From assembly GCA_035465695.1 (NCBI GenBank), contig DATIVR010000017.1, positions 71 to 64,070 of the forward strand: a stretch of 64,000 bases of DNA, given 5' to 3'. The notes beneath the pieces were generated by a model. That model ran no database searches and was not told the origin of the DNA. It worked only from the letters and a program-made list of their open reading frames with translations. The translations under genes and the position numbers were made by a program. Source of the DNA: Gammaproteobacteria bacterium (GTDB lineage: Bacteria; Pseudomonadota; Gammaproteobacteria; Natronospirales; REEB76). Positions 7,855-16,832 of the stretch are shown here, piece by piece; the first letter of the stretch is position 1; each line of letters starts with the position of its first letter.

Positions 7855-9069
7855 TCAGTCCTTGCTGAAGGTCACATCCCCGGAACCCGCTTCCAGTTGC
7901 GCGGAACCCTTGCCGCCGTTCACGTCGGCCCGGATGGAATGGTGATGCGCCGAGACGTTCTGCATCCCCGGAAGATCCACATCGACATCGCCGGAGTCCG
8001 AGGTGGCGGTGATGTGCAAGGAGGGCACGCGGCTGGTATGTATCACGATGCTGCCGCTGCCACTCTCGGAAGTGAGCCGTACCAGGTCGCCCAAGTCACC
8101 GCTCAGGGTCACGTCGCCGCTGCCGGTGCTGGTCTCGATGACCTTGGTGGCGGTGAGACCGGTGGCTTTGATGTCGCCGGAACCTGCGGAGAGCTTCATG
8201 GAGCCGCTGGCGTCGTCTATGGTGATGCCACCGGAACCGGTGTCCAGCTCGACGCCGTTACCGGTGTACTTGCGCAGTTCCACGTCGCCAGAGCCGGTAC
8301 CGCCGCTGACGGTGCCGGCGATATCCTCCAGCTTCACGTCACCTGAGCCGGTCTTGACCAACACGTCGCCACCCTTCTGGTGGCGCATCTCCAGGTCGCC
8401 GGAACCGCTATGCAGGGTCACTGCACCGGACTGGGTATCGACGGTGACATCGCCGGAACCGGTCTCGGCACTCAGGCTACCGCTGCCGTCCTTGGCCTGG
8501 ATGTCTCCGGAGGCGCTCTTGAGGGCGAGGGACGAATCCACGCCGGAGGCGTCGATCTTGCCGACCTTGTTTTCGATATTCACGGTCAGGCCTTTCGGCG
8601 CATGCACCGTGAGATCGACGTGCAGGTTGGCGCCGGAACCGAAGGTACCGTTGGTGATATGCACACGGGTGTCTTCGTAGGAGGTGCTGGTCTCGCCCAT
8701 ACCGATGACGAATCCACTGCCATGGGCATAGTAGTAGGTCGTGTAGTCATCCAGCGGATAGTGGACGAACATCGTCACCTGGTTGCCGCTCACCTTAGTC
8801 TCGATGTTGATCTTGCCGGCGAGGGCCTGGGCCCCCTGGTCGGAACCGGCCGCCGCCACCACGTGGCTGTCCACCGCCAGGACGCCATCGCCGGCCGCCA
8901 CCACTGTCACGTGTCCCACCAAGTTGGTCAGATCCAGGCTTCCGCCCGCCTTGATGGCCGGGTTACGGTAAGTGGCGCTCTTGGTGAAGCTCTGGGCGGC
9001 GGCTACAGGCCCGGCGGCTAAGCCCGCCATCAGAGCGACGCAGATAAGGGTGGAGGTGCGCAGGGACAT
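7855..9069 (-). CDS. Exported Toastrack/DUF4097 (putative adhesin) repeat protein
   Basis: Signal peptide ...GPVAAAQS. At least 10 copies of [ST/A]GSGD[VI/L] spaced about 17-20 aa apart (TGSGDVTVDT, SGSGDLEMRH, TGSGDVKLED, TGSGDVELRK, AGSGDIKATG, TGSGDVTLSG, AGSGDVTFSK), typical of the DUF4097 beta-helix. AAGGAG SD. Confidence 0.8.
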   Translation of the reverse strand: MSLRTSTLICVALMAGLAAGPVAAAQSFTKSATYRNPAIKAGGSLDLTNLVGHVTVVAAGDGVLAVDSHVVAAAGSDQGAQALAGKINIETKVSGNQVTMFVHYPLDDYTTYYYAHGSGFVIGMGETSTSYEDTRVHITNGTFGSGANLHVDLTVHAPKGLTVNIENKVGKIDASGVDSSLALKSASGDIQAKDGSGSLSAETGSGDVTVDTQSGAVTLHSGSGDLEMRHQKGGDVLVKTGSGDVKLEDIAGTVSGGTGSGDVELRKYTGNGVELDTGSGGITIDDASGSMKLSAGSGDIKATGLTATKVIETSTGSGDVTLSGDLGDLVRLTSESGSGSIVIHTSRVPSLHITATSDSGDVDVDLPGMQNVSAHHHSIRADVNGGKGSAQLEAGSGDVTFSKD

Positions 9070-9114
9070 AGGCGGCTCCTTGGTCTTAGCCCAAGCAGGG
9101 CGTATTAGTGTATT

Positions 9115-9143
9115 ATCTTACTATAACACACCTGGGAGTTCAA
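9115..9143 (-). promoter_or_regulatory. Candidate sigma70 promoter for the DUF4097 gene
   Basis: Minus strand reads TTGAAC (9143-9138), a 17-nt spacer, then TAAGAT (9120-9115), in a locally AT-rich stretch 46 nt upstream of the ATG. Sequence match only. Confidence 0.35.
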
Positions 9144-9226
9144 GCATCCAGAGTGCGGTGGCTGCCCGTCTAAAGGCAGCTACCCTCCTTGGACGTCGCG
9201 GCGGTCCGGAAGGTTTAGTCGGGGGG

Positions 9227-10207
9227 TCAGGGCAGGGTGAACTCGATCCGCCTCGCGCTACCGTGCGCTCCCATCACCAAGAGCGACAAGCTGTGCTTGA
9301 CCTGATCTACCCGCAGGGTGATGGCGGTATCCGCCACCTGGATGCTGCCGGCCGCGGCGTCTACGTGGCTTTGATCCAGCAACTTGTCGAAACCCGCGTG
9401 GTCAGCCACGAAAGGGCTGCTGAGCAGGCTGAAATTGCGCTGATCCAGCCCCACGGCATCGAGTTCTACCGACAAGGCGGTGGTGAGGGCCCGGTCCAGA
9501 GTCTGCATGCCAGGACCATCAGGCAAGGCATCCGCACCGATGAAGGCCGCTTCCGGGCTGCCGCCATGCAGCGCGTACCACTCGCGCACCAGGATGTCGG
9601 TGTAGGGATCCACGTTGGCAGTGCCCGATCCCGCGGCGATGCCATAGAACACACGGCCGTCCGGCGTCTGGGCCTTCAACAGGAAGGGTCCAGTCATCCC
9701 GACCACGGGAATCGAGAAGTTACCGTTGGCATCGGCGCTGGCGGCGGAATATTGCCCTTGCGCGTCCCGCAGACTCACGCTGGCGCCGGCCAGCGGCGCA
9801 CCGGTGGCGGCCGTGCCTTGCACCGCGGCCGTCACGGTCAATGTGGCCCCATTGCTGGAGATGCTCTCCACACCTTGACCTGCCTGCTTCGGGAAACTGG
9901 CCGTAGCGGTGATGGTGGCAACACCTGCTGCCACGCCGAGGAAGTTTCCGCCTCCCACACTGCTGGCAATCTGGGTATTGGACGAATGCCACTGGAAATT
10001 GACGCCCGACACCACGTTGCCGTTGGCATCACGGGCCTGCGCGACGAACTGACGGATACCCCCCACCACCACCGAAGCGGTGCTGGGAATCAGCAGGATG
10101 GTGAAGCTTGCGCCACCCGGGGAGCTGGTCGTGCTGCTGCCGCTTCCTCCGCAGGCAGTTAGGGCGGCAAGCAGGATCAAAGCCGAGGTACGGAGCAGGT
10201 TACGCAT
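9227..10207 (-). CDS. Lipoprotein with Big_2-like Ig domain and carboxypeptidase-regulatory-like domain
   Basis: Lipobox LAALTAC. VVVGGIRQFVAQARDANGNVVSGVNFQWHSSNTQIASS...GVAAGVATITATA resembles bacterial Ig-like group 2. GASVSLRDAQGQYSAASADANGNFSIPV resembles the CarboxypepD_reg fold. Confidence 0.7.
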   Translation of the reverse strand: MRNLLRTSALILLAALTACGGSGSSTTSSPGGASFTILLIPSTASVVVGGIRQFVAQARDANGNVVSGVNFQWHSSNTQIASSVGGGNFLGVAAGVATITATASFPKQAGQGVESISSNGATLTVTAAVQGTAATGAPLAGASVSLRDAQGQYSAASADANGNFSIPVVGMTGPFLLKAQTPDGRVFYGIAAGSGTANVDPYTDILVREWYALHGGSPEAAFIGADALPDGPGMQTLDRALTTALSVELDAVGLDQRNFSLLSSPFVADHAGFDKLLDQSHVDAAAGSIQVADTAITLRVDQVKHSLSLLVMGAHGSARRIEFTLP

Positions 10208-10427
10208 GGCTAGGCCTTGGAAAACGAGGGGATTCCGGCTTGGCCGGGCCCATAGATAATCGCGCGAACGGTGGACCCGTGTACCGCATCGGCAGCGTTT
10301 TATGCCGCGGGGGATGGATACTGCGGTCAGCGTTACAGTACGTCACACCATAATAGGTCCAGGACCCTTCCCCGGCCAGCAGGCCAGGTCACAGAATAGC
10401 CCTCTCGCGATCCGACCGGAGCCCACC

Positions 10428-11825
10428 ATGAAGCCCCATGCCTTGCCAGTTCTGCTGTGTTTCCTCGTATGTGGCGCCGTGGCTGCCGACGTGGCGCCGG
10501 CTCCCCCCGATGAGCATCCCGTGCTGGGTGAGATCGCCCAAGCCATGGATCCCGCCCGGCTCCAGTCGACTCTCACCACGCTGGTCGGGTTCGGCACCCG
10601 TAACACCCTCTCCGATACCAAGTCTGACCGGCGCGGCATCGGGGCGGCGCGGCGTTGGGTGCAGGGACGCTTCGAGCAGATCTCCCAGGATTGCGGCGGC
10701 TGCCTGCAGGTCATCACACCCTCGCAAGTGTTCACTGGCGAGCGGATGCCCAAGCAGGGAGTGGAAGTCATGGATGTGGTGGCGATCCAGAAAGGAGCCA
10801 CCGATCCGGACCGCTATGTGGTGATGACGGCACATCTGGATTCGCGGGCGAGCGACGTGATGGACATCAAGTCTGATGCGCCCGGCGCCGACGACGACGG
10901 CTCCGGTGTGGCTGCGGTGCTGGAGACTGCGCGTGTCCTCAGCAAGTACAAGTTCGCCGCCAGCATCGTGTATTCCGTGGACAGCGGCGAAGAGCAAGGA
11001 CTCTATGGCGGCAAGGTCATCGCGCAGTACGCGCAGGACCATCACTGGCAGGTGGAAGCGGACCTCAACGACGACATCGTCGGCAACAGTCGAGGCCAGA
11101 ACGGCGTGACCGACAACACGCTGGTGCGGGTATTCTCGGAGGGGACACGCGCGCTCGAGACACCCAAGGAGGCTGCTGACCGGCGCTATCACGGCGGCGA
11201 GATCGATTCGCCTTCTCGCAACGTGGCGCGGTACGTGCAGATGTTGGGCGAGCGATATGTCCCTAACTGGCACGTGATGCTGGTATATCGCACCGACCGT
11301 TACGGCCGGGGTGGCGATCATACGGCCTTCAATGCCTTGGGTTATCCGGCGGTACGGATCACCGAGTCCCATGAGGACTTCACGCATCAGCACCAGGATG
11401 TGCGGGTGCAGGATGGGGTGCATTATGGGGATGTGCTTTCGGGCGTGGATTTTCCCTATCTGGCCAAGGTGGCGGCCACCAATGCCATCGCCCTCGCCAG
11501 CATGGCCTGGGCACCGGCGCCGCCGACCGGCGTGAGCATCGCGTCTGATCCCGCTCCGGGGCTGTCCGGCGGCACCGACACCGTCTTCGACTGGAAGGTC
11601 TCGGCTGGCGCCGCTGGATATCGCCTGCATTGGCGCGCCACCACTGATCCACGTTGGAATCAGGGCCGCTACGTCGGACCGGTCCAGCACTACGTCCTAA
11701 AGGATGTGAGCATCGATGACTGGTTCTTCGGTGTGGCGGCCGTCTCGGAGGCTGGCTTCGAAAGCCCGGTGGTGTTCCCTGGGCCGGCCGGTGCCTTCTT
11801 CAGTCCGCCGCCGGCCGGACCCTAG
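10428..11825 (+). CDS. Exported M28-family aminopeptidase with C-terminal fibronectin-III-like domain
   Basis: Start placed at ATG 10428 (MKPHALPVLLCFLVCGAVAA signal peptide), in frame with track ORF 10302. Motifs HLDS, PGADDDGSGVAAVLE, SGEEQGLYGG and GGDHTAF. The tail has an FN3-like pattern (GYRLHWRATTD...). Confidence 0.85.
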   Translation: MKPHALPVLLCFLVCGAVAADVAPAPPDEHPVLGEIAQAMDPARLQSTLTTLVGFGTRNTLSDTKSDRRGIGAARRWVQGRFEQISQDCGGCLQVITPSQVFTGERMPKQGVEVMDVVAIQKGATDPDRYVVMTAHLDSRASDVMDIKSDAPGADDDGSGVAAVLETARVLSKYKFAASIVYSVDSGEEQGLYGGKVIAQYAQDHHWQVEADLNDDIVGNSRGQNGVTDNTLVRVFSEGTRALETPKEAADRRYHGGEIDSPSRNVARYVQMLGERYVPNWHVMLVYRTDRYGRGGDHTAFNALGYPAVRITESHEDFTHQHQDVRVQDGVHYGDVLSGVDFPYLAKVAATNAIALASMAWAPAPPTGVSIASDPAPGLSGGTDTVFDWKVSAGAAGYRLHWRATTDPRWNQGRYVGPVQHYVLKDVSIDDWFFGVAAVSEAGFESPVVFPGPAGAFFSPPPAGP

Positions 11826-11957
11826 GATCACACGGCGCGTCGCCGGCGCGCCGGAAAGGCCCCGGGGATTAATGGGTATAATGGCGCAGGGACAGACGGC
11901 CATATACCCGCTCCGGTCGGACCTTCCTCCAGTTAATGCCTTCTCGTCGAGGAACAC

Positions 11958-14597
11958 ATGCATAGCAGACGATCACTGCCCAGCGTCGTCCTGGGCCTAG
12001 CGGCCCTTGCCTGCTGCGGAGCGGCCGGCGCCAAGGATCTCTTTCCCACCCAGTTCGTCGGCACGCTCAATAGCCCCGGCTCGGTGGTGATGGCCGACCT
12101 GAACCACGACGGTGCCAAGGACTTGGTCGAGATCGGTGCCGACGGCACGGTGGCGGTATTGCTCAACGACGGCAGTGGCACATTCAAGCCGCCGGCCGAA
12201 TATTACGTGACGAGCTCCAATGTGGGCACCACCGCCTTCCCTGATCCCAGGGCAGTCGTAGCGGCCGATGTGAACGGCGACGGCATACCGGATCTGATCG
12301 TGGTGAACAGTGCCGCCAACTCCGTATCCGTTTTGATCGGCAGAGGTGACGGCACCTTCATCGCGCAGACTGCCACCCAAGCAGTCGCCGGTATCGGTAC
12401 GCCGGCGCCGAGCTATCCCGTAGGCCAGGGCGCGACATCAGCGGCCGTGGCGGATCTGAACGGCGACGGCAAACCCGACATCGTGACCGCCGATTTCAGG
12501 GACAACACGGTCAGCGTGCTGCTCAACAAGGGCAATGGCACCTTCGCCGCGCGCAGCACCGTGCTGGTAGGAAATGGGCCGGATTTCGTCACTATCGCCG
12601 ACCTCAATAAGGACGGCAAGCCCGACGTCATCGTCTCCGACAGCAGCGACGACTCGTTCACCGTGCTGCTGGGAAAGGGTGACGGCAATTTCACTCTGGA
12701 ACCGGAAGTACGGGTAGGCCCGTCGCCAGGCCGCCCCACCCTGCAGATGGTGGTGGTCGAGGACTTCGATAACGATGGCAACCCCGATCTCATCAGCACC
12801 AACACCAATCCCAACAGCTCCATCGTGATGTACTACCCGGGCATGGGCGACGGCACCTTTGGCGCGCCCCATGGCATTCTTACGGGTCCTGACACTCTGT
12901 TCCTTCAAGCTACCACCCTGGATGCGAGTGGCAACCTGGGTTTCATCGCGGGCAGCACCGCCGATGGGGCCATCCACGTGATGTTCGGCAAAGGCAACGG
13001 CGGCTTCGCGTCAGGCGCGAAGTATCCAGCGTTCGGTCTCAGCACCAGCCTCGCCAGCCAGGCGTTCGCGGTGGGAGACGTCAATGGCGACGGGAAACCT
13101 GACGTGGCGGTGGTGAACTCCACGGGGTCTTTCGTGCAGATCCTCTATAACGACGGTAATGGCGGATTCCATCAGACCAACTCCTACGATCTGGGTTCCC
13201 AGCCCGCAGACATGCGTGCCTCCGATCTCAACGGTGATGGGCACGATGACGTAGTGGAGGTAAATTCGGCGGACGGAACTGTCGGAGTGCTCTTGGGGCA
13301 CGGTGATGGCACCTTCCAGGCCATGCAGACGTATCCGGTCAGCGGCCATCCAGTGCGCCTGGCGCTGGCGGATGTGAATGGCGATGGCAAACTGGACGTG
13401 GTCACCGCCAACAACGACGGCGTCAACGGCACCATCAGCGTCTTGTTGGGTAACGGTGACGGCACCTTCCAGCCAGCATTGAATCTGCCGGCCGGGGCGA
13501 ATCCCATGGACGTGGCAGTGGCCGATATGGACCACGATGGGAAGATGGACATCGTGGTCGGTAATGCCACTGTAAACACCGTGAGCGTCCTCTACGGCAA
13601 GGGCTCTGCCACCTTCAGTCTGCCAAAGAGCTTCCCGGCAGGCAGCCAGATCAACGCGCTGGCGGTCGGCGACCTGACGCATGACGGCTTCCCGGATGTG
13701 GTCACCGTGGGCGGAAACGTGGCAGTGCTGAGGAATGACGGCCAGGGCGGACTCGTACCGATCGTCCTGAACAAGAACGGCCGCAGCCAGGACACCTACA
13801 GTGCCATAGGTAATCGCATCGTCCTCAAGGACGTCAACGCCGACGGCGATCTCGATATGGTGATCGCCGACTATAGCAACAGCGAATTGACGGTGTTGCT
13901 GGGCAACCGTCTCGGTTATTTCACCCGCGTCCCTCTGGTGTCGCCCACCTGCTCCAATCCCAATAACCTCGCTGCTTCCGACATCAATGGCGATGGCCAC
14001 ATGGACGTGGTCGTGAGTTGCGCTGGCAGCAGTTCGATTGGCGTCATGCTTGGCAATGGCAGAGGCACATTTATTAACGGTACTTATCCCGCGGAGCTGA
14101 ATCCGCGGGGCGTGGCGACGGCCGATTTCAATGAGGACGGAAACCCCGATATCGCGGTGATAAACGGCGACAGTGACAATATGAACGTGCTGTTGCAGAT
14201 ACCTGGCGTAGTAGCCCATGACAACGCGCCGCGTGTCATTAGTGCGCCATTTAGCGTGGTAGGTAGTGTCACCGCCGCCAGCGGCCTCTTCGAGGCGGTC
14301 GACGCTGACGGTGATGGCCTGACATACATCGTTGTCAATCAACCCGCAGAAGGTTCGCTTAGCTATAGCACCACCACCGGCACCTTTTCCTACTTGGCGA
14401 ACCCGGGTTATGTCGGTCCTGACTCGATGACTTTCGAAGTGAGTGACGGTGTGAAGCTTTCCGGGATCGGCACCGTCAATATAGACGTGCGTAGCAGCGG
14501 TGGTAGCAGCAGCAGCAAGCATGGTTTCCTAGGTGGCCTGGGTTTGCCTCTGCTTCCGTTGCTGGGCATCCTGACTCTGCTGCGCCGCCGTCGCTGA
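11958..14597 (+). CDS. Large exported FG-GAP/VCBS (integrin-alpha-like) repeat protein with Ig/cadherin-like domain and C-terminal sorting-signal-like tail
   Basis: Signal peptide. 13-14 repeats of the D[LV]N[GK]DG.[PD]D[ILV]V calcium-loop type (DLNGDGKPDIV, DVNGDGKLDVV, DINGDGHMDVV...). Then DADGDGLTYIVVNQPAEGSLSYS...MTFEVSDG. Tail SSGGSSSSKHGFLGGLGLPLLPLLGILTLLRRRR. GAGGAA SD. Confidence 0.85.
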   Translation: MHSRRSLPSVVLGLAALACCGAAGAKDLFPTQFVGTLNSPGSVVMADLNHDGAKDLVEIGADGTVAVLLNDGSGTFKPPAEYYVTSSNVGTTAFPDPRAVVAADVNGDGIPDLIVVNSAANSVSVLIGRGDGTFIAQTATQAVAGIGTPAPSYPVGQGATSAAVADLNGDGKPDIVTADFRDNTVSVLLNKGNGTFAARSTVLVGNGPDFVTIADLNKDGKPDVIVSDSSDDSFTVLLGKGDGNFTLEPEVRVGPSPGRPTLQMVVVEDFDNDGNPDLISTNTNPNSSIVMYYPGMGDGTFGAPHGILTGPDTLFLQATTLDASGNLGFIAGSTADGAIHVMFGKGNGGFASGAKYPAFGLSTSLASQAFAVGDVNGDGKPDVAVVNSTGSFVQILYNDGNGGFHQTNSYDLGSQPADMRASDLNGDGHDDVVEVNSADGTVGVLLGHGDGTFQAMQTYPVSGHPVRLALADVNGDGKLDVVTANNDGVNGTISVLLGNGDGTFQPALNLPAGANPMDVAVADMDHDGKMDIVVGNATVNTVSVLYGKGSATFSLPKSFPAGSQINALAVGDLTHDGFPDVVTVGGNVAVLRNDGQGGLVPIVLNKNGRSQDTYSAIGNRIVLKDVNADGDLDMVIADYSNSELTVLLGNRLGYFTRVPLVSPTCSNPNNLAASDINGDGHMDVVVSCAGSSSIGVMLGNGRGTFINGTYPAELNPRGVATADFNEDGNPDIAVINGDSDNMNVLLQIPGVVAHDNAPRVISAPFSVVGSVTAASGLFEAVDADGDGLTYIVVNQPAEGSLSYSTTTGTFSYLANPGYVGPDSMTFEVSDGVKLSGIGTVNIDVRSSGGSSSSKHGFLGGLGLPLLPLLGILTLLRRRR

Positions 14598-14612
14598 CCG
14601 GCCGATTTCGAG

Positions 14613-16778
14613 TTATTCGCGGCGCATCTGGAGTGCGCCGCTCGCTTTCAATGCATCGCCCACGAGGCGGGCTAAGATTGCCTGCTTGAGGCCGCGCGGC
14701 CCGCTGAGCCCCATTCGTTCCAGACAAGCGGCAGCCTCGGCCGGCGGCGCTTTCAGCACCGACGATCCCAGTCGCAGTAGTCCAGCAGCGCTGGTGCTCT
14801 TGGCCTGCAGATATTTAAGCGCCTTGCCGAGCTGCAATTCTTCCGGGGTGAAATCGGAGCCGAAGGGCAGATCCGGGAACAGCCCGGCCTTGATCAGCGG
14901 CGCGAGGGAAGCTTTCAATCTTTCCGGCGTGTTGCGGCGGAATGCCTCCGGGATGGCGTGATCCGCCGGCAACTTGCCGGCACGCTTCGCCGTATCCATC
15001 AACGCCGCCTGGAAGCGCGAGTCCGCAATATTCAGCATGGCGGCGATCACTTCGCTGTCCGTCTTGCCGCGCAGGTCAGCGATGCCGTATTCCGTGATAA
15101 CCACGTCGCGCAAGTGCCGTGGGATGGTGGAGTGCGCATATTCCCAGACGATGTTCGATTCGACCTTGCCATGATCCCTGTGGGTGCTGCGCAACAGGAG
15201 GACGGAGCGCGCTTGGCGCAGGGCATGCGCCATGGCCACGAAGTTGTATTGGCCGCCGACACCGCTCACCACGCGTCCGTCGTCCAGGGAATCGGACACC
15301 GCGGAACCTAGCAGGGTCATCTTCATGCAGATGTTGATGAATCGCGCATCGCGATGCTGCAACTTCTCCAAAGCGACGTCGCTGAACAGCTCATTGACTT
15401 TGGAAACGGCCTCCATCGCAAACAGGCGCCGCTCGGCTTCGGGCATGGCATGCAGCGCATCGTAGAACCACTGACTGCCCAGGAAGAATGCGCCATGCAC
15501 CAGCACGCCGCCGTTGAGCCGCGTCCCCAGGGCAGGGATGAGCCTCGCCGCAGTGGCACGGCTTGTCAGGTCCACTTCGACCCAGGCGCCATCCGGCAAT
15601 TTCAGGCGGCCTTCCCGGTACTCAACCTCAGGCTGGAACACACCAAAGTGGGCGAGCTCTTCTACGTCCTGGACCGAGAGGCTCCTCTGCACATATCCGG
15701 CTTCCCGCAACGCCAGCAAGGTATCCACGCTGACGTGTTCCGAGATAGCGCCTCCTTCCAGCAGCGCCTGCAATCCGGCGTGATCATAGACGCGGCGTTT
15801 TAGCACACCGGCCTCATACAGATGTAACAAGCCGTCGCCGAACATCTCGCTGCCCGCATAGAGGCCCTTGGCGAACATGTCCAGCCCGCCCAAAGGCTCG
15901 ATATGCACCCGGCCCTTGGCCAATACACCGGTCGCCTCTATCGCCTCGCGGTACCGTGGGTTGTCCTGGTGGCGCAACCGGATGGCATGGATGCAGGCAT
16001 CGCCGAGCGACCCGATCCCCACCTGCAGGGTGCCGCCGTCTTTGACGAGCGTGCTGGCGTGCAGCCCGATCATGTGCGCTGCGGGGTCGATGGGCATGTT
16101 GGGGACAGCGAAGAGGTGATGGCCCGAGCCGCCATCGTCCACCACGAAGTCGAAGAATTCCGGCGCCACTTCAGCGGCGCCGAACATGAACGGCAGCTTT
16201 CGATTCACCATGGCGCATACCGCCACCGCGCGTCCGGCCCGCTCGGCTTCACGCAGGCCGGGGTAGATATCCAGCGTCACATCTGGATTGGAGGACAGGC
16301 TGTAGCGCGGCCCAGGCAAGGCCGCTACCGCCTGCAACACCACGTTGGCTCCGGCCGCCAACATGTCGCGGGCCACATGGGTATAGTTGCTGCAGATGTA
16401 ATGCTGCTGGGCCGCTGGCACACCCAGCATGCTGCCGGACTTGAAGTAGAACTCCGAGAGTTCCACGTTGGACGCGAGCCTGCCGGCGCGCAGCGCCTGC
16501 ATGTATTCGAGTTCCGGATAGTCGCCGAACACCCGCGCGGCGAAAGGATCGAGGAAGCGTCTCTCGAGATCACTCCTGCCGCGTGGCCGTTCCAGCGACA
16601 GAGCGGTCACCAGTCGCAGGTGCAACGTGGAGTCCGCCGCGACGCGGCGGTAGAGGGCGTTCAACAGCAGGTTGGGCTTGCCGACGCCGAGCGGAGTGCC
16701 CACCACCAGATGCCGGCCCACCCTGGCGATGATGGCCTCGACGCAATCTTCGGGACTGATGAAATTCCTGGACGCCAT
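14613..16778 (-). CDS. Acetyl-CoA hydrolase/transferase-family protein
   Basis: About 721 aa with the VVSGVGGQYNFVAMAH (GxGGQxxF) motif and the overall family pattern. Start placed at ATG 16776-16778 (MASRNF...), because the TTG extension to 16808 runs through an 11-bp terminator-like hairpin. Confidence 0.8.
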   Translation of the reverse strand: MASRNFISPEDCVEAIIARVGRHLVVGTPLGVGKPNLLLNALYRRVAADSTLHLRLVTALSLERPRGRSDLERRFLDPFAARVFGDYPELEYMQALRAGRLASNVELSEFYFKSGSMLGVPAAQQHYICSNYTHVARDMLAAGANVVLQAVAALPGPRYSLSSNPDVTLDIYPGLREAERAGRAVAVCAMVNRKLPFMFGAAEVAPEFFDFVVDDGGSGHHLFAVPNMPIDPAAHMIGLHASTLVKDGGTLQVGIGSLGDACIHAIRLRHQDNPRYREAIEATGVLAKGRVHIEPLGGLDMFAKGLYAGSEMFGDGLLHLYEAGVLKRRVYDHAGLQALLEGGAISEHVSVDTLLALREAGYVQRSLSVQDVEELAHFGVFQPEVEYREGRLKLPDGAWVEVDLTSRATAARLIPALGTRLNGGVLVHGAFFLGSQWFYDALHAMPEAERRLFAMEAVSKVNELFSDVALEKLQHRDARFINICMKMTLLGSAVSDSLDDGRVVSGVGGQYNFVAMAHALRQARSVLLLRSTHRDHGKVESNIVWEYAHSTIPRHLRDVVITEYGIADLRGKTDSEVIAAMLNIADSRFQAALMDTAKRAGKLPADHAIPEAFRRNTPERLKASLAPLIKAGLFPDLPFGSDFTPEELQLGKALKYLQAKSTSAAGLLRLGSSVLKAPPAEAAACLERMGLSGPRGLKQAILARLVGDALKASGALQMRRE

Positions 16779-16782
16779 GAGA

Positions 16783-16809
16783 ATTGACCCCGCTTTCGGC
16801 GGGGTCAAT
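16783..16809 (-). terminator. Terminator-like hairpin after the S9 peptidase gene
   Basis: Minus strand ATTGACCCCGC-CGAAA-GCGGGGTCAAT (11-bp stem) followed by TCTC and the next ATG. It sits 24 nt after the S9 stop. The U-tract is poor. Confidence 0.45.
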
Positions 16810-16832
16810 CTTATCAGCCTTAGGCTGTGATC

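Noticed and set aside
7900-8700. Periodic DNA encoding the GSGD repeats, considered as a possible CRISPR-like or tandem DNA repeat array
   Set aside because: The periodicity is at the protein level only. The DNA copies are diverged, the spacing is variable (17-20 codons), and everything is in one long coding frame with a signal peptide. It is not a nucleotide repeat array.
10302-10427. 42-codon extension of the first M28 peptidase ORF
   Set aside because: It has no signal peptide or motif. ATG 10428 starts a textbook signal peptide (MKPHALPVLLCFLVCGAVAA).
11877-11882. Perfect TATAAT hexamer 76 nt upstream of the FG-GAP gene as a promoter
   Set aside because: No acceptable -35 lies at 16-18 nt spacing (GAAAGG/GGAAAG), and the TG is misplaced for an extended -10. 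A single hexamer is too weak to report as a feature.
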